From assembly GCF_009914755.1 (NCBI RefSeq), contig NC_060942.1: a stretch of 64,000 nucleotides of DNA; one strand, 5' to 3'. The notes below the pieces were generated by a model. It was given only the letters and a program-made list of their open reading frames with translations, made no database searches and was not told the origin of the DNA. Of this stretch, positions 12,139 through 23,492 are shown piece after piece. Numbering within the stretch: position 1 is the first letter of the stretch; every line of letters begins with the position of its first letter. The DNA is from the human T2T-CHM13v2.0 reference genome, Homo sapiens. The position numbers were made by a program, and so were the translations under genes.

Positions 12139-13084
12139 ATTCCAGAGCACCTCACAGGATAAGACCCACTAGCCTGAAATTCCAGCCAGCCACCAGTAGT
12201 GGTATAGCACCTCCCTGAGATGGAAATCCCAGTGGGAGGGAAGGGCCACCATCTTTGCTGTTTGGGTGACTTAGCCAATCCAGCCTTTGGGCTTTGGAGA
12301 GTCCAAGCTGACTGGGAGCAGAAGGGATCCTCCAGCATAGCACAACTGCTCTACAAAAACATGGCGAGACTGCTTTTATAAAAAGCAGTTCCCTAATCCT
12401 CTTCCTCCTCACTGAGCAGGACTTCCCAACTAAGCCTTCAAACTAGCTGCAGTGGACCCAAGGAAAGGGAGCCAGTCTGTCTCTCATGGGTCTCACAGAC
12501 TTCACACTGAACTTTGCCAGACAGAGGATCCTAGGCTTGAGTCCACAGCACAGACCCTCTATCCTCAGCTCATTACACTGAGTGATTGCTGACCTACATC
12601 TCTCTGGGATGGAGCCCCCAGGAGACAAACAAAAAAAACATTAGCCACAGCCACTACTAAGGTCCCTACCTCAGCTGCCTCTAAGTTGGGGAAAGAACAT
12701 AAACACAGAGATTGCCCCAGAGCTGCAGTGGGCAGCCCAGGAGTGCCAAGCTATGATATATGGCCAGCAACTCAAGGAAGGGACAAACCCATAAATTCAG
12801 AGCATTGAGAGGGAACACAGCTGCAACTATGAGGAAACGTAGGGGAGCCACGCAGTCAAGCAAGAGCCTACCAACTGACCAATAAGCCTAAGTGCCACCT
12901 ACTGGATCACATCTCAAAGCTTCAACACCCAAAACACCTTGCTAATATAACCCCTGTGAAACCAGAGACAGGAAGTCAGCTCCAAATACCCTGCACAAAC
13001 CCTCAGTCCAGTGAAAATATCCAGAAAAGAAGTCTACTGACTGTATCCAATCTACATTTCTTAAAGGAACATCCCCACACAGAG

Positions 13085-14095
13085 ATGAGAAAGAATCAAT
13101 GCAAGAACTTTGATAATTCAAAAGGCCAGAGTGTCATATGTCCTCCAAACAACCACACCAGTACTCCAACAAGAGTCCTTTACCAGGCTGAACTGGTTGA
13201 AATGACAAAAATATAATTCAGAATATGGATTGGAATGAAGATCATCAAGATTCTGGAGGATGGCAAAATCCAATCCAGGGAAACTAAGAATTATAATAAA
13301 GCAATACAGGAGCTGAAGGACAAAATAACCAGTATCAAAAAGAACCTAATGGGTCTGACAGAGCTAAACAACAAAATTGAAGTTTTCACAATGCAATCAC
13401 AAGTATTAACAGCAGACTAAGCCAAGCTGAAGAAAGAATCTCAGAAGTTGATGATTGATTCTCTGAAATAAGGCAGTCAGACAAAAAATAAAGCAAAAAA
13501 AAAAATAAAAAGGAATGAACAAAACCTCTGAGCCATATGGGATCATGTAAAAAGCCCAAATCTACAAATCACTGGCATCACTGAAAAGAGGAAGAGAAAG
13601 CAAACATCTTGGAAAACATATTTCAGGATATCATCCATGAAAACTTCCCCAAACTTGCTAGAGAGGCCAATAGTCAAATTCAGGAAATACAGAGAACTTC
13701 TGCCAGATTCTGCACAAAATGATCATTCCCAAGACACATAATTTTCAGATTTTTCAAGATCAAAATGAAAGAAAGAATGTTAAAGGCAGCTAGAAAGAAA
13801 GGGCAGATGACCTAAAAAGGGACCCCATCAAGCTAACTGTGGAACTCTCAGCTAAAACCCTACACATCAGAAGAGATTAGTCATCTATATTCAACATTCT
13901 TAAAAAAAATCTTTAAGCAAGAATTTCATATCAGCCAAACTGAACTCCCTAGGTGAAGGAGAAATTAGATCCTTTTCAGGTAAGCAAATTTTGACATTTT
14001 GTTACCACCAGACCTGCCTTACAAAAGATCTTGAAAGGAGTACTAAATATAGAAAAGAAAGACTGCTACCAGACAATAAAACAACACACTTAAAC
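13085..14095 (+). pseudogene. L1 ORF1p remnant (coiled coil/RRM/CTD), disrupted
   Basis: MRKNQCKN... start, ...KAIQELKDKITSIKKNL... and ENFPKLAR-type sequence. Broken by stops and frameshifts. Confidence 0.85.
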
Positions 14096-14164
14096 ACACA
14101 GACCCTTGTCACTATAAAGCAACCACACAAGCAAGCCAACATAAAAACCAGCTAAAACAACACA

Positions 14165-14702
14165 ATGACAGAATCAAATCCACACATATCAATACTAACC
14201 TTTAATGTAGACAGGCTAACTGCCCCCACTTAAAATGCACAAAGTGGCAAGCTGAATAAAAAGCAAGAATCAATGGTATGCTGTCTTCAAGAGACTTATC
14301 TCACATGTAATGACACGTATAGGCTCAAAATAAAGGGATGAAGGAAAATCTACCAAGCAAATGGAATACAGCAGAAAGCAGAGGTTGCAATACTAATTTC
14401 AGAAAAAACTGACTTCAAAATCAACAAAAATTAGAAAAGACAATGAAGGGCATCACATAGTGGTAAAGAGTTCAATTCGACAAGAAGACATAACTATTCT
14501 AAATATATATGCACCCAACACAGGAGCACCTAGATTCATAAAGCAAGTTCGTAAAGACCTACAAAGAGACATAGACTCCCACACAATAATAATGAGAGAG
14601 GTCAACATTCTACTAACAGTATTAGACAGATCATCAAGGCAGGAAATTAACAAAGATATTCAGGACCTGAACTCAACTTTGGACCAAATGAATCTGATAG
14701 AC
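14165..14702 (+). pseudogene. L1 ORF2p APE-endonuclease remnant, truncated
   Basis: MTESNPHISILT, CCLQET and ITILNIYAPNTGAPRFIKQV motifs. Ends at the MER1A. Confidence 0.9.
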
Positions 14703-15076
14703 CAAGGGCCCCAACCTTTGTGGCACCATGGATCTGTTTAGTGGAAGACAATTTTTCTATGGACCAGAGTGAGGGGAATGGTTTTGGGATGATTCAAGTT
14801 CATTACATTTATTGTGTATTGTGCACTTTATTTCTATTATTATTCCATTATAATATATAATGAAATTATTATACAACTCACTGTAATGTAGAATCAGTGG
14901 AAGCCCTGAGTTTGTTGTCCTGCAACTAGGTGATCTCATCTGGGGGTGATGGGAGACAGTGACAGACCATCAGGTATTAGATTCTCATAAGGAGTATGTA
15001 ACCTAGATCCCTTGCATGTACAGTTCACAATAGTTTGCCCTCCCATGAGAGACTAATGTCACCACTGATCTGACAG
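14703..15076 (+). mobile_element. MER1A (hAT-Charlie non-autonomous), missing its distal end
   Basis: CAAGGGCCCCAACCTTTGTGGCACCA...GTGGAAGACAATTTTTC...ATTAGATTCTCATAAGGAG...CTGATCTGACAG. Confidence 0.9.
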
Positions 15077-15161
15077 TTTAAAAAATAAGTCCTCAGCATT
15101 ACTACTGGCATTTTGTAAGTATTCTACAAAGAGTTAATATATAAATACTTGTTGTAATATA

Positions 15162-15260
15162 ACTATTCAATAAATATTTATCACTTACTGTGTGCTGAGA
15201 AATATTCTAGGCACTAGAATATAAACTATTATTCAATGTCAGCCTTGTTGCTGATATGTT
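15162..15260 (-). mobile_element. L2 3' end fragment
   Basis: ATTCAATAAATATTTAT-CACTTACTGTGTGC...TTCTAGGCACT. Confidence 0.6.
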
Positions 15261-15484
15261 ATGTTTTTATTTACATTACATACGTTTTTCTATACTTCCT
15301 TGTTTACTGTAGTGAATATTTCCATCAACACTCTATAAGACTGTTAACACTTTGTGAGATTATAAGTTCTTAGCAAGAAATACATTTTTTTTGGTTTAAG
15401 GCTTACTCATTTTTTAATGCATAATATGACAAAAGCTGTGACTTGATTAATCAACCACCAATCTGTCAAGAATCCTTATTTTAT

Positions 15485-15850
15485 TGAAGTAGCTATGTGC
15501 CCTCATAAAAAGATTGCACTTCCTCACCTCCTTTATTGATAAATGTGACAAAATTATGGCTAATAAGATACAATCAGAAGCTGTAAACGTCAATTTATGT
15601 GCTTTAAAAGTATATATAAATCTCATTGTTTCCTATTTTTCCTGCTTTCTGGCTAAAATCTGAAGCTGAGGGCTGGGACACCTTCAATTATCTTGTGAGT
15701 CTGAAAATAGGAAAAAACTGAGTGGTAAGGAATGTAGGGTATAAAAGTATAAGGAGCTTGGATCTGAGGTGACATAGTGTTAAGAACTATCTCTATATTT
15801 TCTATTTGGGTCTCTCTTAAATGCATCTAAATGCAATTTTAATGGATACA
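15485..15850 (+). mobile_element. MLT1-type MaLR LTR, diverged
   Basis: AAAGATTGCACTTCCTCACCTCCTT...ATGGCTAATAAGATACAATCAGAAG, ending AATGGATACA. Confidence 0.5.
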
Positions 15851-17090
15851 AATGATAGTTATGATGTTTTTGATGATGAATGAACTCTTATACAAGTTTA
15901 CCCCAACTGACATACAATAAAGCAGAAATAATATAAATGATACCCAACTCTCTCAGGTTCTGGAGCCATCCAAACTAATGCACCGTTAATTTCACTCTCA
16001 AACACTGACTTTCTTGCCAATGAGCCCCAAACAGATTTTGGCATACCTGCATGAAACTTATCTTTTCTTATCAATTAAAGGCTGTGTACTTTGAGACACA
16101 GAAGAGAGTGATTAAGAATAGTGGCCTTATATAGAATTGACAGCGGAGGTCACCTTTTCCAAGGCATTGCTCATGAAGTGCAAATTTATAAAGAAACATA
16201 CTCACTTAAAACATTTTTTTTCTTAGAAATGCTGACCTTCAGTCTTTTTTGAGCACCAGTTTTCCCTGAATATTTGCTATTGCCAAGGTACTGAATTCTG
16301 ACAGTGATTTCTATGACCTTAAAACAGCCTTTACTGTCCTGGAACTGCTGGCTACTCAGCACATACTGAGTCTGCCTTCATCTCTAGATGCTCCAATGAT
16401 GCCATATCTGCACATTCAGCCAGCTCCCGCTGACTTTCTTTCTTTTTTGGGGGCTGGCAGAAAGCACAACCAAGTTAAGTTCCTGATAAAGGTCTCAAAA
16501 ATGACTAATTCTTTGAATCCATTTGAACCCATTCTTAACTGCTAATTCAACTCTGTGTGAAAACAGTCTGGAAGTGTGCAATGAGGTATAGCCTGCTCCC
16601 AATAGCATACAGAATAAGCCCATTATCACAGTCACTGTTATCATATATAGGACGTAACTCTTTCAATGCCTAGTTGTTTGGGACATTTGAGTGATATGTC
16701 CTCCATTATCACCCTAATTGCTGTCTCAACCTGATCCCTGCAAAAAGATATCTGAGTAAAAGTTAACTACTCTCTTGGCAGTGAAAAAACTTTATTAGTT
16801 CTAAGAGAAGCAGTGCTGTTGACATTTCTTACTTCCAGTTCTTGCATGGCAATAAGGCATAAGAACTGATTTATCAAAGTGAGTGTGCCTATCAAGCATG
16901 AGTAAGACAGAAAAAGAAAGTTCACTTTGCACAAAATGAGTTGCTAATTTCTTTTCCATTTCACTGACAATGTGCTCTATGAGCTCAGAGCAGCTGGGAT
17001 GAGAACAATGGATGTTTCCAACCTGTGCTCCGTTTAACTTCAGCAACTATACAAGGTCAAACAGAAAAGTTGTGGGGGGGAGTGGGGAAA

Positions 17091-17114
17091 CTCTCTTTCT
17101 CTCTCTCTCTCTCT
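17091..17114. repeat. (CT)n microsatellite
   Basis: Directly visible. Confidence 0.85.
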
Positions 17115-17299
17115 GGCTTGTAATAGAGCAAAAAAGCTAGGATACTTAGAGACTATCTGAAAGGCACATTTGGTTTCTTAAAAGACGTTCTTGTTTCTAA
17201 CCACAGGTATTTTGGCAAAGGTTTAAATGCTATTGTACTGTCATTTCTACCATCAAAATTGCATAATTCATATAGATTGTGGTTCATTGTTGTGAGGGA

Positions 17300-17325
17300 G
17301 TGTGTGTGTGTGTGTGTGTGTGTGT
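17300..17325. repeat. (GT)n microsatellite
   Basis: Directly visible. Confidence 0.95.
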
Positions 17326-18138
17326 TGGGGTGCAGGGAAGTATGCATTAGCACTTACATTTGAAGAGATACATGCTGTGTCTGTTGCCTAAATCCTCACT
17401 GATGAAAAATGAATCAGAAATGAGGTACTGTGCACTTACTCTACTGCCACTGACATGGAATGGATTGTAAAACTTTTTTTTTCTTTTTTGCAATTAGCAA
17501 TGTGCACCAGAGACCCTTACTATTTAGTATGCTTCCCTACAACCCATACCACCAGAATGGTAGAGTCCTTTGAGATATGGGCCTCATTTTCTTCTTTTTT
17601 GATGGATGTTCCAACTCCCCTCTGATCTGTTTCATGTAACTTCGATCTCAGTTAGCACTGGCTTGTGGCAATAACTAGGAATATGAGCTCTTATTCACCA
17701 GGAATATCTTGCCAAGTGTGCAGTTCAGGAACCACCTCCCACTATTAGAATTCATATGCCACCATAATACTTTTGGCATTAGATTCTGAGGAGACTGAGG
17801 CTAGGAATCTGCTTATAAAAGCATAATAATTTCTTAAATATTGGAAATGTATCACTCTTTTTGAAATTAGGATCTTAGGTTCAAGACAAAGTGAATCAAA
17901 AGACAAAGTGAATCTGATGTTTTGAATTAAAAAATGAGGATGATGATTTTGTTCTTTTCAAGAAACAAAATGTATTTCATGAGAATATACTGCAATCATT
18001 TTTAGTGATACATTCTGGTATTCAATAAAAATAAAATTAAGAAAAGAATCTTATTAATTTGAGAATCAGATAGACTGCTCTTCTACCACTTCCCTTTCTA
18101 ATACAGTACTGTAAAGTGGCTACTTTAAAAAATAAATC

Positions 18139-18438
18139 TTTCTGGTGTGGTGTCTCACGCCTATAATCCTAGCACTTTGGGAGGCTGAGGTGGGTGGAGC
18201 ACTTGAGGACCAGCCCGGCCAACTTGGTGAAACTCCGTCTCTACTAAAAATACAAAAATTAGCTAGGTTTGGTGGCGTGTGACTATAGTTCCAGCTAATC
18301 AGGAGGCTGAGGCAGGGGAATGGCTTGAACCTGGGAGGCGGAGGTTGCAGTGAGCCAAGATCGCGTCACTGCACTCCAGCCTGGGCGACAGAGCGATACT
18401 CCGTCTCAATAAATAAATAAATAAACAAACAAACAAAC
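18139..18438 (+). mobile_element. AluS (Sz/Sx-like) with B-box deletion and (TAAA)(CAAA) tail
   Basis: Dimeric Alu with TSD AAAAAATAAATC at 18127-18138 and 18439-18450. Confidence 0.95.
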
Positions 18439-18479
18439 AAAAAATAAATCACGTTTTTGCTCTTACCCACTTCTTTAAA

Positions 18480-18886
18480 TCACATTCTGATTTTCTTCCT
18501 TATGCACTCCTCTGTTCTAAGCACACTGAATGACTTCCAGTTATCTCTCTTTTGTTTTGTAGACTGACTTCTCTCTTGATGTAATCCCACTTGACCTAAA
18601 GCACAGATTAGACTTTATACTTCAAGATCCAGCACAAATTTATCCCCATTTACCTTCCTCAGCCCATTTGAAGGGTGTAGATTGGACTTTCTTTGGGGTC
18701 TTCACTTTTTCTGTGTGTATCTCAAATCAAAATCTGTATACACTGCATAACACAGGTGTTTTGTTGGTCCTCTCCTATTTTATGGGCAAGGAAAAGGGAC
18801 CACTTAAGACCTATCACTATATGCCCAGGACCTAGAACATTCCCAATACAAAACATGATGGCAAATGTTTGTCAAGTGAATGAGTG
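18480..18886 (+). mobile_element. L2 3' region
   Basis: Ends CCCAGGACCTAGAACA...AAATGTTTGTCAAGTGAATGAGTG. Confidence 0.6.
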
Positions 18887-19934
18887 CAGATCTTACATCT
18901 AGTTGTCCTTCAAATGCCAATCATTTGCTCATCATAAAATTTGTTTTCAGAAAGGCATATTGTCCAACCAAAAGAACATTCCTCTCAATATTAAATTTGT
19001 ATTCCATACATTTCTGTTCTATAATTAAGGTAAGAGGTTACTCATTATAAAATTACATTACCAAACTCTGAATAATACATTTGGTAATTTTTTTTTCTTG
19101 TGAGAGACAGTGGTTATTGTTCAGTACTTTTTAATATTTATAATATTTACTTTAAAAATAGTATAAGGTGAAAAATTAAAGCAGCAATCCTAAATTTTAT
19201 GTCAAACTGTAATAATGTGTTTTGAATCATTTATTATCTAATGCCAATGATATGAGATAAAATTTAACAGGAAATACATTGAAAAGTCAAGGCTCTAACT
19301 TTAAAGAAGATTCACTTTTCTTTTTTGTCTTCTTTAATGAATCTTCTTTTGTCTCTATGTGATCTACTTGAAATAAGGATGAGATGTTCCATTAGAAAGT
19401 CTGCCTACCAACATTCAATACAAGAATTGTATAGTGAATGTCTTAGTTTTGCTTATCTAATAAAATTATCTAATCTTGAATGTTATGTCCAAAGTGGTGA
19501 TCTAAAATTAAGATAACCTATACATTTAACAATCATGGATCTAAGCCAAAAGTAAGTATAGAGGGTGGAGCAGTTTCTAAGAAGATAATACAACAAAGAT
19601 TTGCTGGTAGGCAGTGGAAATGAAAGACCTGCTAGATGCTAGATGTAACTTCAACAATATGGTTATCGGAAAGCAAGAATGGTAACAGCAGTCAAAGAGA
19701 AGAAAAGACAATTTTCCAGATATATGAAACATGGAAGCTCTAAACCATGAACTTGATTCATGATCCAATTCTTCTTCTTTATGTAAATGACCTCTCATTC
19801 TACTTTTTGGAGCACAGGTAATGACTTCAACACCTACAGCAAATTTCTCAGTCTATTCCATCCCACTCCAATCTCTTAATTCATTAAATTATTACAGTGG
19901 GTGGATTTATATCAACCTGGGTTATGTCTGTGTC

Positions 19935-20003
19935 TGTCATTTACCACCTATGTAATTTTCCCTGAGACTCCATTTCCTCATCTGTAAACGTAGCCTAATA
20001 ATT
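19935..20003 (+). mobile_element. MIR, 5' part (appears to resume at ~21150-21225)
   Basis: CCCTGAGACTCCATTTCCTCATCTGTAAA core. Confidence 0.65.
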
Positions 20004-20554
20004 TAGTAGTTCACTCCTTATCTGTGGCTTTGCTTACTATAGTTTCAGTTACCTTCAGTCAATTGCTGGCCAAAAATATAAAATAAAAAATTCCGGAAAT
20101 AAATAATTCATAAGTTTTAAATTGCACACCATTTTGAGTAGCATGAAATCTAATGCTTTCTTGTTCCTTCTCTCTCAGAAAGTGAATCACTCCTCTGTCC
20201 AGCATATCCACACTATAGATACTTCCTCCTCCTTAGTCACTTAATAGTTACCCTCCCACTAATCATTTAATAGCCATCTTGGTTAACAGATTGACTGTCA
20301 TATTATTTCAGTACTTGTTTTCAAGTTACCATTATTTTGCTTACTAATGACTCCAAGGTAAAAGAGTAGTGATGCTGGCAATTTCAACATGCCAAAGAGA
20401 AAGTATGAAGTACTTCATTTAAATGAAAACATAAAAATTCTCAACTTAATAAGAAAAAAACATAGTGTATATAGGTTAGGGTAATATTTACAGTTTCATT
20501 ATCCACTTTAGATCTTGAAATGCATTCCTGAAATATAAGGGGGGGGGTCTATTC
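20004..20554 (+). mobile_element. MER44B-like (Tigger7 derivative) DNA transposon
   Basis: TIR-like TAGTAGTTCACTCCTTATC ... TAAGGGGGGGGGTCTATTC followed by TA. Internal AAATAATTCATAAGTTTTAAATTGCAC. About 550 bp. Confidence 0.85.
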
Positions 20555-20560
20555 TATCTC

Positions 20561-21145
20561 TGTAGGTTAAGGTTCAGTCAGAGAAGCAGAGCTACTATGA
20601 TTGTTACAGAGTGACGAGTTTAGTATACAAATTCAGCTTTGCAATTGTGAAAGTTCAACAGTCTATGTGAGCGTGATGCTTGTGCCTGTGATTCTGGGGC
20701 CTGATGTCAGCACTTAAGCAAAAATATAAAATAAGGGAAAGTAAGAACAAATCGAGAGCCACAAGATACAGTAAACCCTAAGTTGACATCTCACTGCAAC
20801 CTCCAAGTCTTCAAGTTTGATGATGCTGGTTACTTGCAGGAGAAACTGGTGCCCTTTTTCATGGATCTAAATATTTACTGGACCTAGGAGGCAGAAAAGA
20901 TAAAACAGGATCTGGCAGACGTTGACAGAGCAGTGGACCTGGTTTTTTCCCCATACCAGCAAGGTGGGCCAACAGATTAGGGACTTTTATGTTCTGAAAC
21001 AGTACTGGAGTTTCTGCACAAGCCTTCTGATGGTTAAAGGAAGATGGCTACTGCCCAGGTTCCATGCTAATCCAGAAATACACACGGAAGGAAAATCTGG
21101 GAAAGGTAGATCCAGCTTAGCTGTAATGGCAATGCAAATTTATCA
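20561..21145 (-). mobile_element. ERVL solo LTR (LTR41/LTR52-like)
   Basis: Begins TGTAGGTTAAGGTTCAGTCAGAGAAGCAGAGC. The other end has GGAAGGAAAATCTGGGAAAGGTAGATCCAGCTTAGC, as in ERVL LTR termini. Confidence 0.65.
20822..21020 (+). pseudogene. Decayed APOA4 (apolipoprotein A-IV)-like coding fragment carried inside the LTR; not the APOA4 locus
   Basis: Translates DAGYLQEKLVPFFMDLNIYWT*EAEKIKQD, then after a frameshift LTEQWTWFFPHTSKVGQQIRD. Recalled APOA4 reads [30 protein letters not shown]...[21 protein letters not shown]. Confidence 0.75.
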
Positions 21146-21490
21146 GAAGATCCCGGCTATTCAGAGCACTGCTGGGTTGATAAAAGAAAGCGCATGAGAA
21201 ATCAACTTGAAAAATTTAAAATCCAAAAAGACATACAAAAAACTATTTTTTCACAAAATTTCCTCTTTACAATAAGCTAGTCATTGCTTCCCCTATTTTG
21301 TTGTAGTGTCTTCGACATAACTAGTCATCAGCATAAATAGTAGATCCTTGTGCAGTATGATTTGATAGGAATCACTAGGCCTGATAAACCTAAATTTCTC
21401 ACAAAATTGTCAACTACAAAAGAATGCAGACAACACCTAGGTCTAATTAGTTGACTCTGCTGATACTTAGCACAGAGTTTGATGTATACT

Positions 21491-21645
21491 AAGAAAGAAA
21501 GAGAGCCAGAGGAGAAGAGAAGAGAAGAAAGAAAGAAAGAAAGAAAGAAATTAAGAATGAAAGAAAGAAAGAAGAAGAAAAAAAGAAAGAAGAGAGAAAG
21601 AAAGGCAGGAAGAATGGAAGGAAGGTAGGAAGGAAGGAAGGAAAA
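21491..21645. repeat. Polypurine (AAAG)n/(AAGG)n low-complexity tract
   Basis: Directly visible. Confidence 0.95.
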
Positions 21646-22984
21646 TAAATTACATTTGGATAGAAATCAAAGGTGAAGTAAGGGGAAGTTATTATTAAAA
21701 AAGCAACCATTGCATTTTTATCCCATAAACATCCTGGAATGTAGAACTTATCTTAATTCTGTAACTCCAAATTAAGATCCCTCAACAACAATAACAACAA
21801 AAAAACTTTACACTGCTTTTATCTACATGTTAAAGCAAGAACTATGAGCTTATAAAAATTACTATTGAGGTAATAGGGCAGCCCATGCAAGTGGACCTAG
21901 GTAGAAGTTACTTTATAAGAAAAGAGACCAATTCTAACATCAGGTCCTTGATTTTTTTAATAAAGCACATAGATTTCTAAGTGTATAGGAAAGCCCCACA
22001 CCATGATATTTCCTCTCATTTCTTAAATAAAGGAAGTTCCAATCCACTTTTGATAAATGCCAATGTATCAGTAGGATTTCAAGACAATAAGAAAAGGATT
22101 TGTGCTCATTTTACTTTCCCTGAGATTAAAGCCAGATGCACTGTTAGAAGAGAAGTCACCTTGGAATTCTCAACAATTGAGTCAAACTGAGTTTAGGAGG
22201 ATTTTTCTGCTCTGAATGTCAAGGTCAAAAAGGATTTCAGTCATCGCTGTGTTCCCAAGTTATCCTTATTCAGCTTCTCCTTCCAGATTCTTTCTCTATA
22301 ACAGTATTCCCTTGTGGCACTAGCAATAATTAATAATGTTCCCTTCTTAGCAGCTCCAGAGCACCAGGGTTTGCCAGAGTTGGTCAGTGAAATTCTCTAA
22401 TGGGAAGAAATAAAACTGCTGTCTCGGCCCAGATGCTGGAAAAAGACTGTGGGTAGGAAAGGCATTCCCACTTGCCATCTCCAGCCTTCTCCCCAGAACA
22501 CTCACACATAGGCAGGATATTTCGTGATCACATTGTCTGAGATTACTCCACCTTGTCTTTTCTGGAATTCTTGGTTGCACCTCAAGGTGGCTCAAGGCAG
22601 AAATAATACATGCATATGATGAAAATTGGGCATTTATTATTTAGGGGAAAGGCCAGTTTATCTGCCAGCATAGTCTGACAGCATTTAGCACACAGTTCAG
22701 CATAAGCTTTTTTTTTTCTTTTTTGGTGGTAAAGTTAAATTTGTGAACAAAAGGGCAGAAGGATATATCATACTGGAATATAAAACTGAGGTGAATAAAA
22801 GAGGATAATCTAAAAGTACTACCAACCATTGTGTTTAGAAAACAATAGAATTTTTTTTAAATTAATACATGCAATAGCATACCATAAGGGAAAAAATCAT
22901 GCAGGAAAATAAAGAGATATGTGTTCTTACAATAACTCTCTTCACATATATTTAAAATCTATCTGTTATAACCTACTATAAACC

Positions 22985-23115
22985 TATTTTCTGTAATCCA
23001 CTCTAAATTTCCTGAGGGCTGGAACTCTGTTTGTATTGTTCACTGATGAAACCCAGTGCTAATCCCCGTGCCTGATATAAAAAATGTAGCTAATAAACAT
23101 TTTAAAATAAGTAAA
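22985..23115 (+). mobile_element. L2 3' end
   Basis: TTCCTGAGGGCTGGAACTCTGTTTGTATTGTTCACTG...GTGCCTGATATA...AATAAACAT. Confidence 0.7.
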
Positions 23116-23492
23116 TTCAGACAGTAAAAAATTTCAAATTACACGCACTGAAAAGCATCACATATGCCATTAAAATATGAATGGTTATTCGTAAAAATAA
23201 TTAAGGAGAGGCCTATGAACACATATCTATTAGTTACATTTGTTGGTTCCTTTTACAAAAATTGTCAAATATCCTTAATGTTACAAGCGGTGAACAATAT
23301 GTCAGTTCCTACTACCATGAAATGTATGAAGAAACTACACAAGGCATGGTAATCATACATAACTATGTACAATTTGTTAAAAACTTGTACATTCAAAAAG
23401 TATAACCTTATATAGAAATCCACCAACCTGCTTATAGATGAATTACTGTTTGACTCTTAATTTTACCAAGAAGGAAGAAGTGAAAACAAGAA

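Larger units (their letters stand above)
12139..14702 (+). mobile_element. Older L1PA-type element (L1PA12-16-like): partial 5'UTR, decayed ORF1 and start of ORF2
   Basis: GC-richer 5'UTR-like segment, ORF1 start ATGAGAAAGAATCAATGC at 13085, ORF2 start ATGACAGAATCAAATCCACAC at 14165. Confidence 0.9.

Noticed and set aside
12139-14702. Active L1
   Set aside because: ORF1 has stops and frameshifts, and ORF2 is truncated within the endonuclease.
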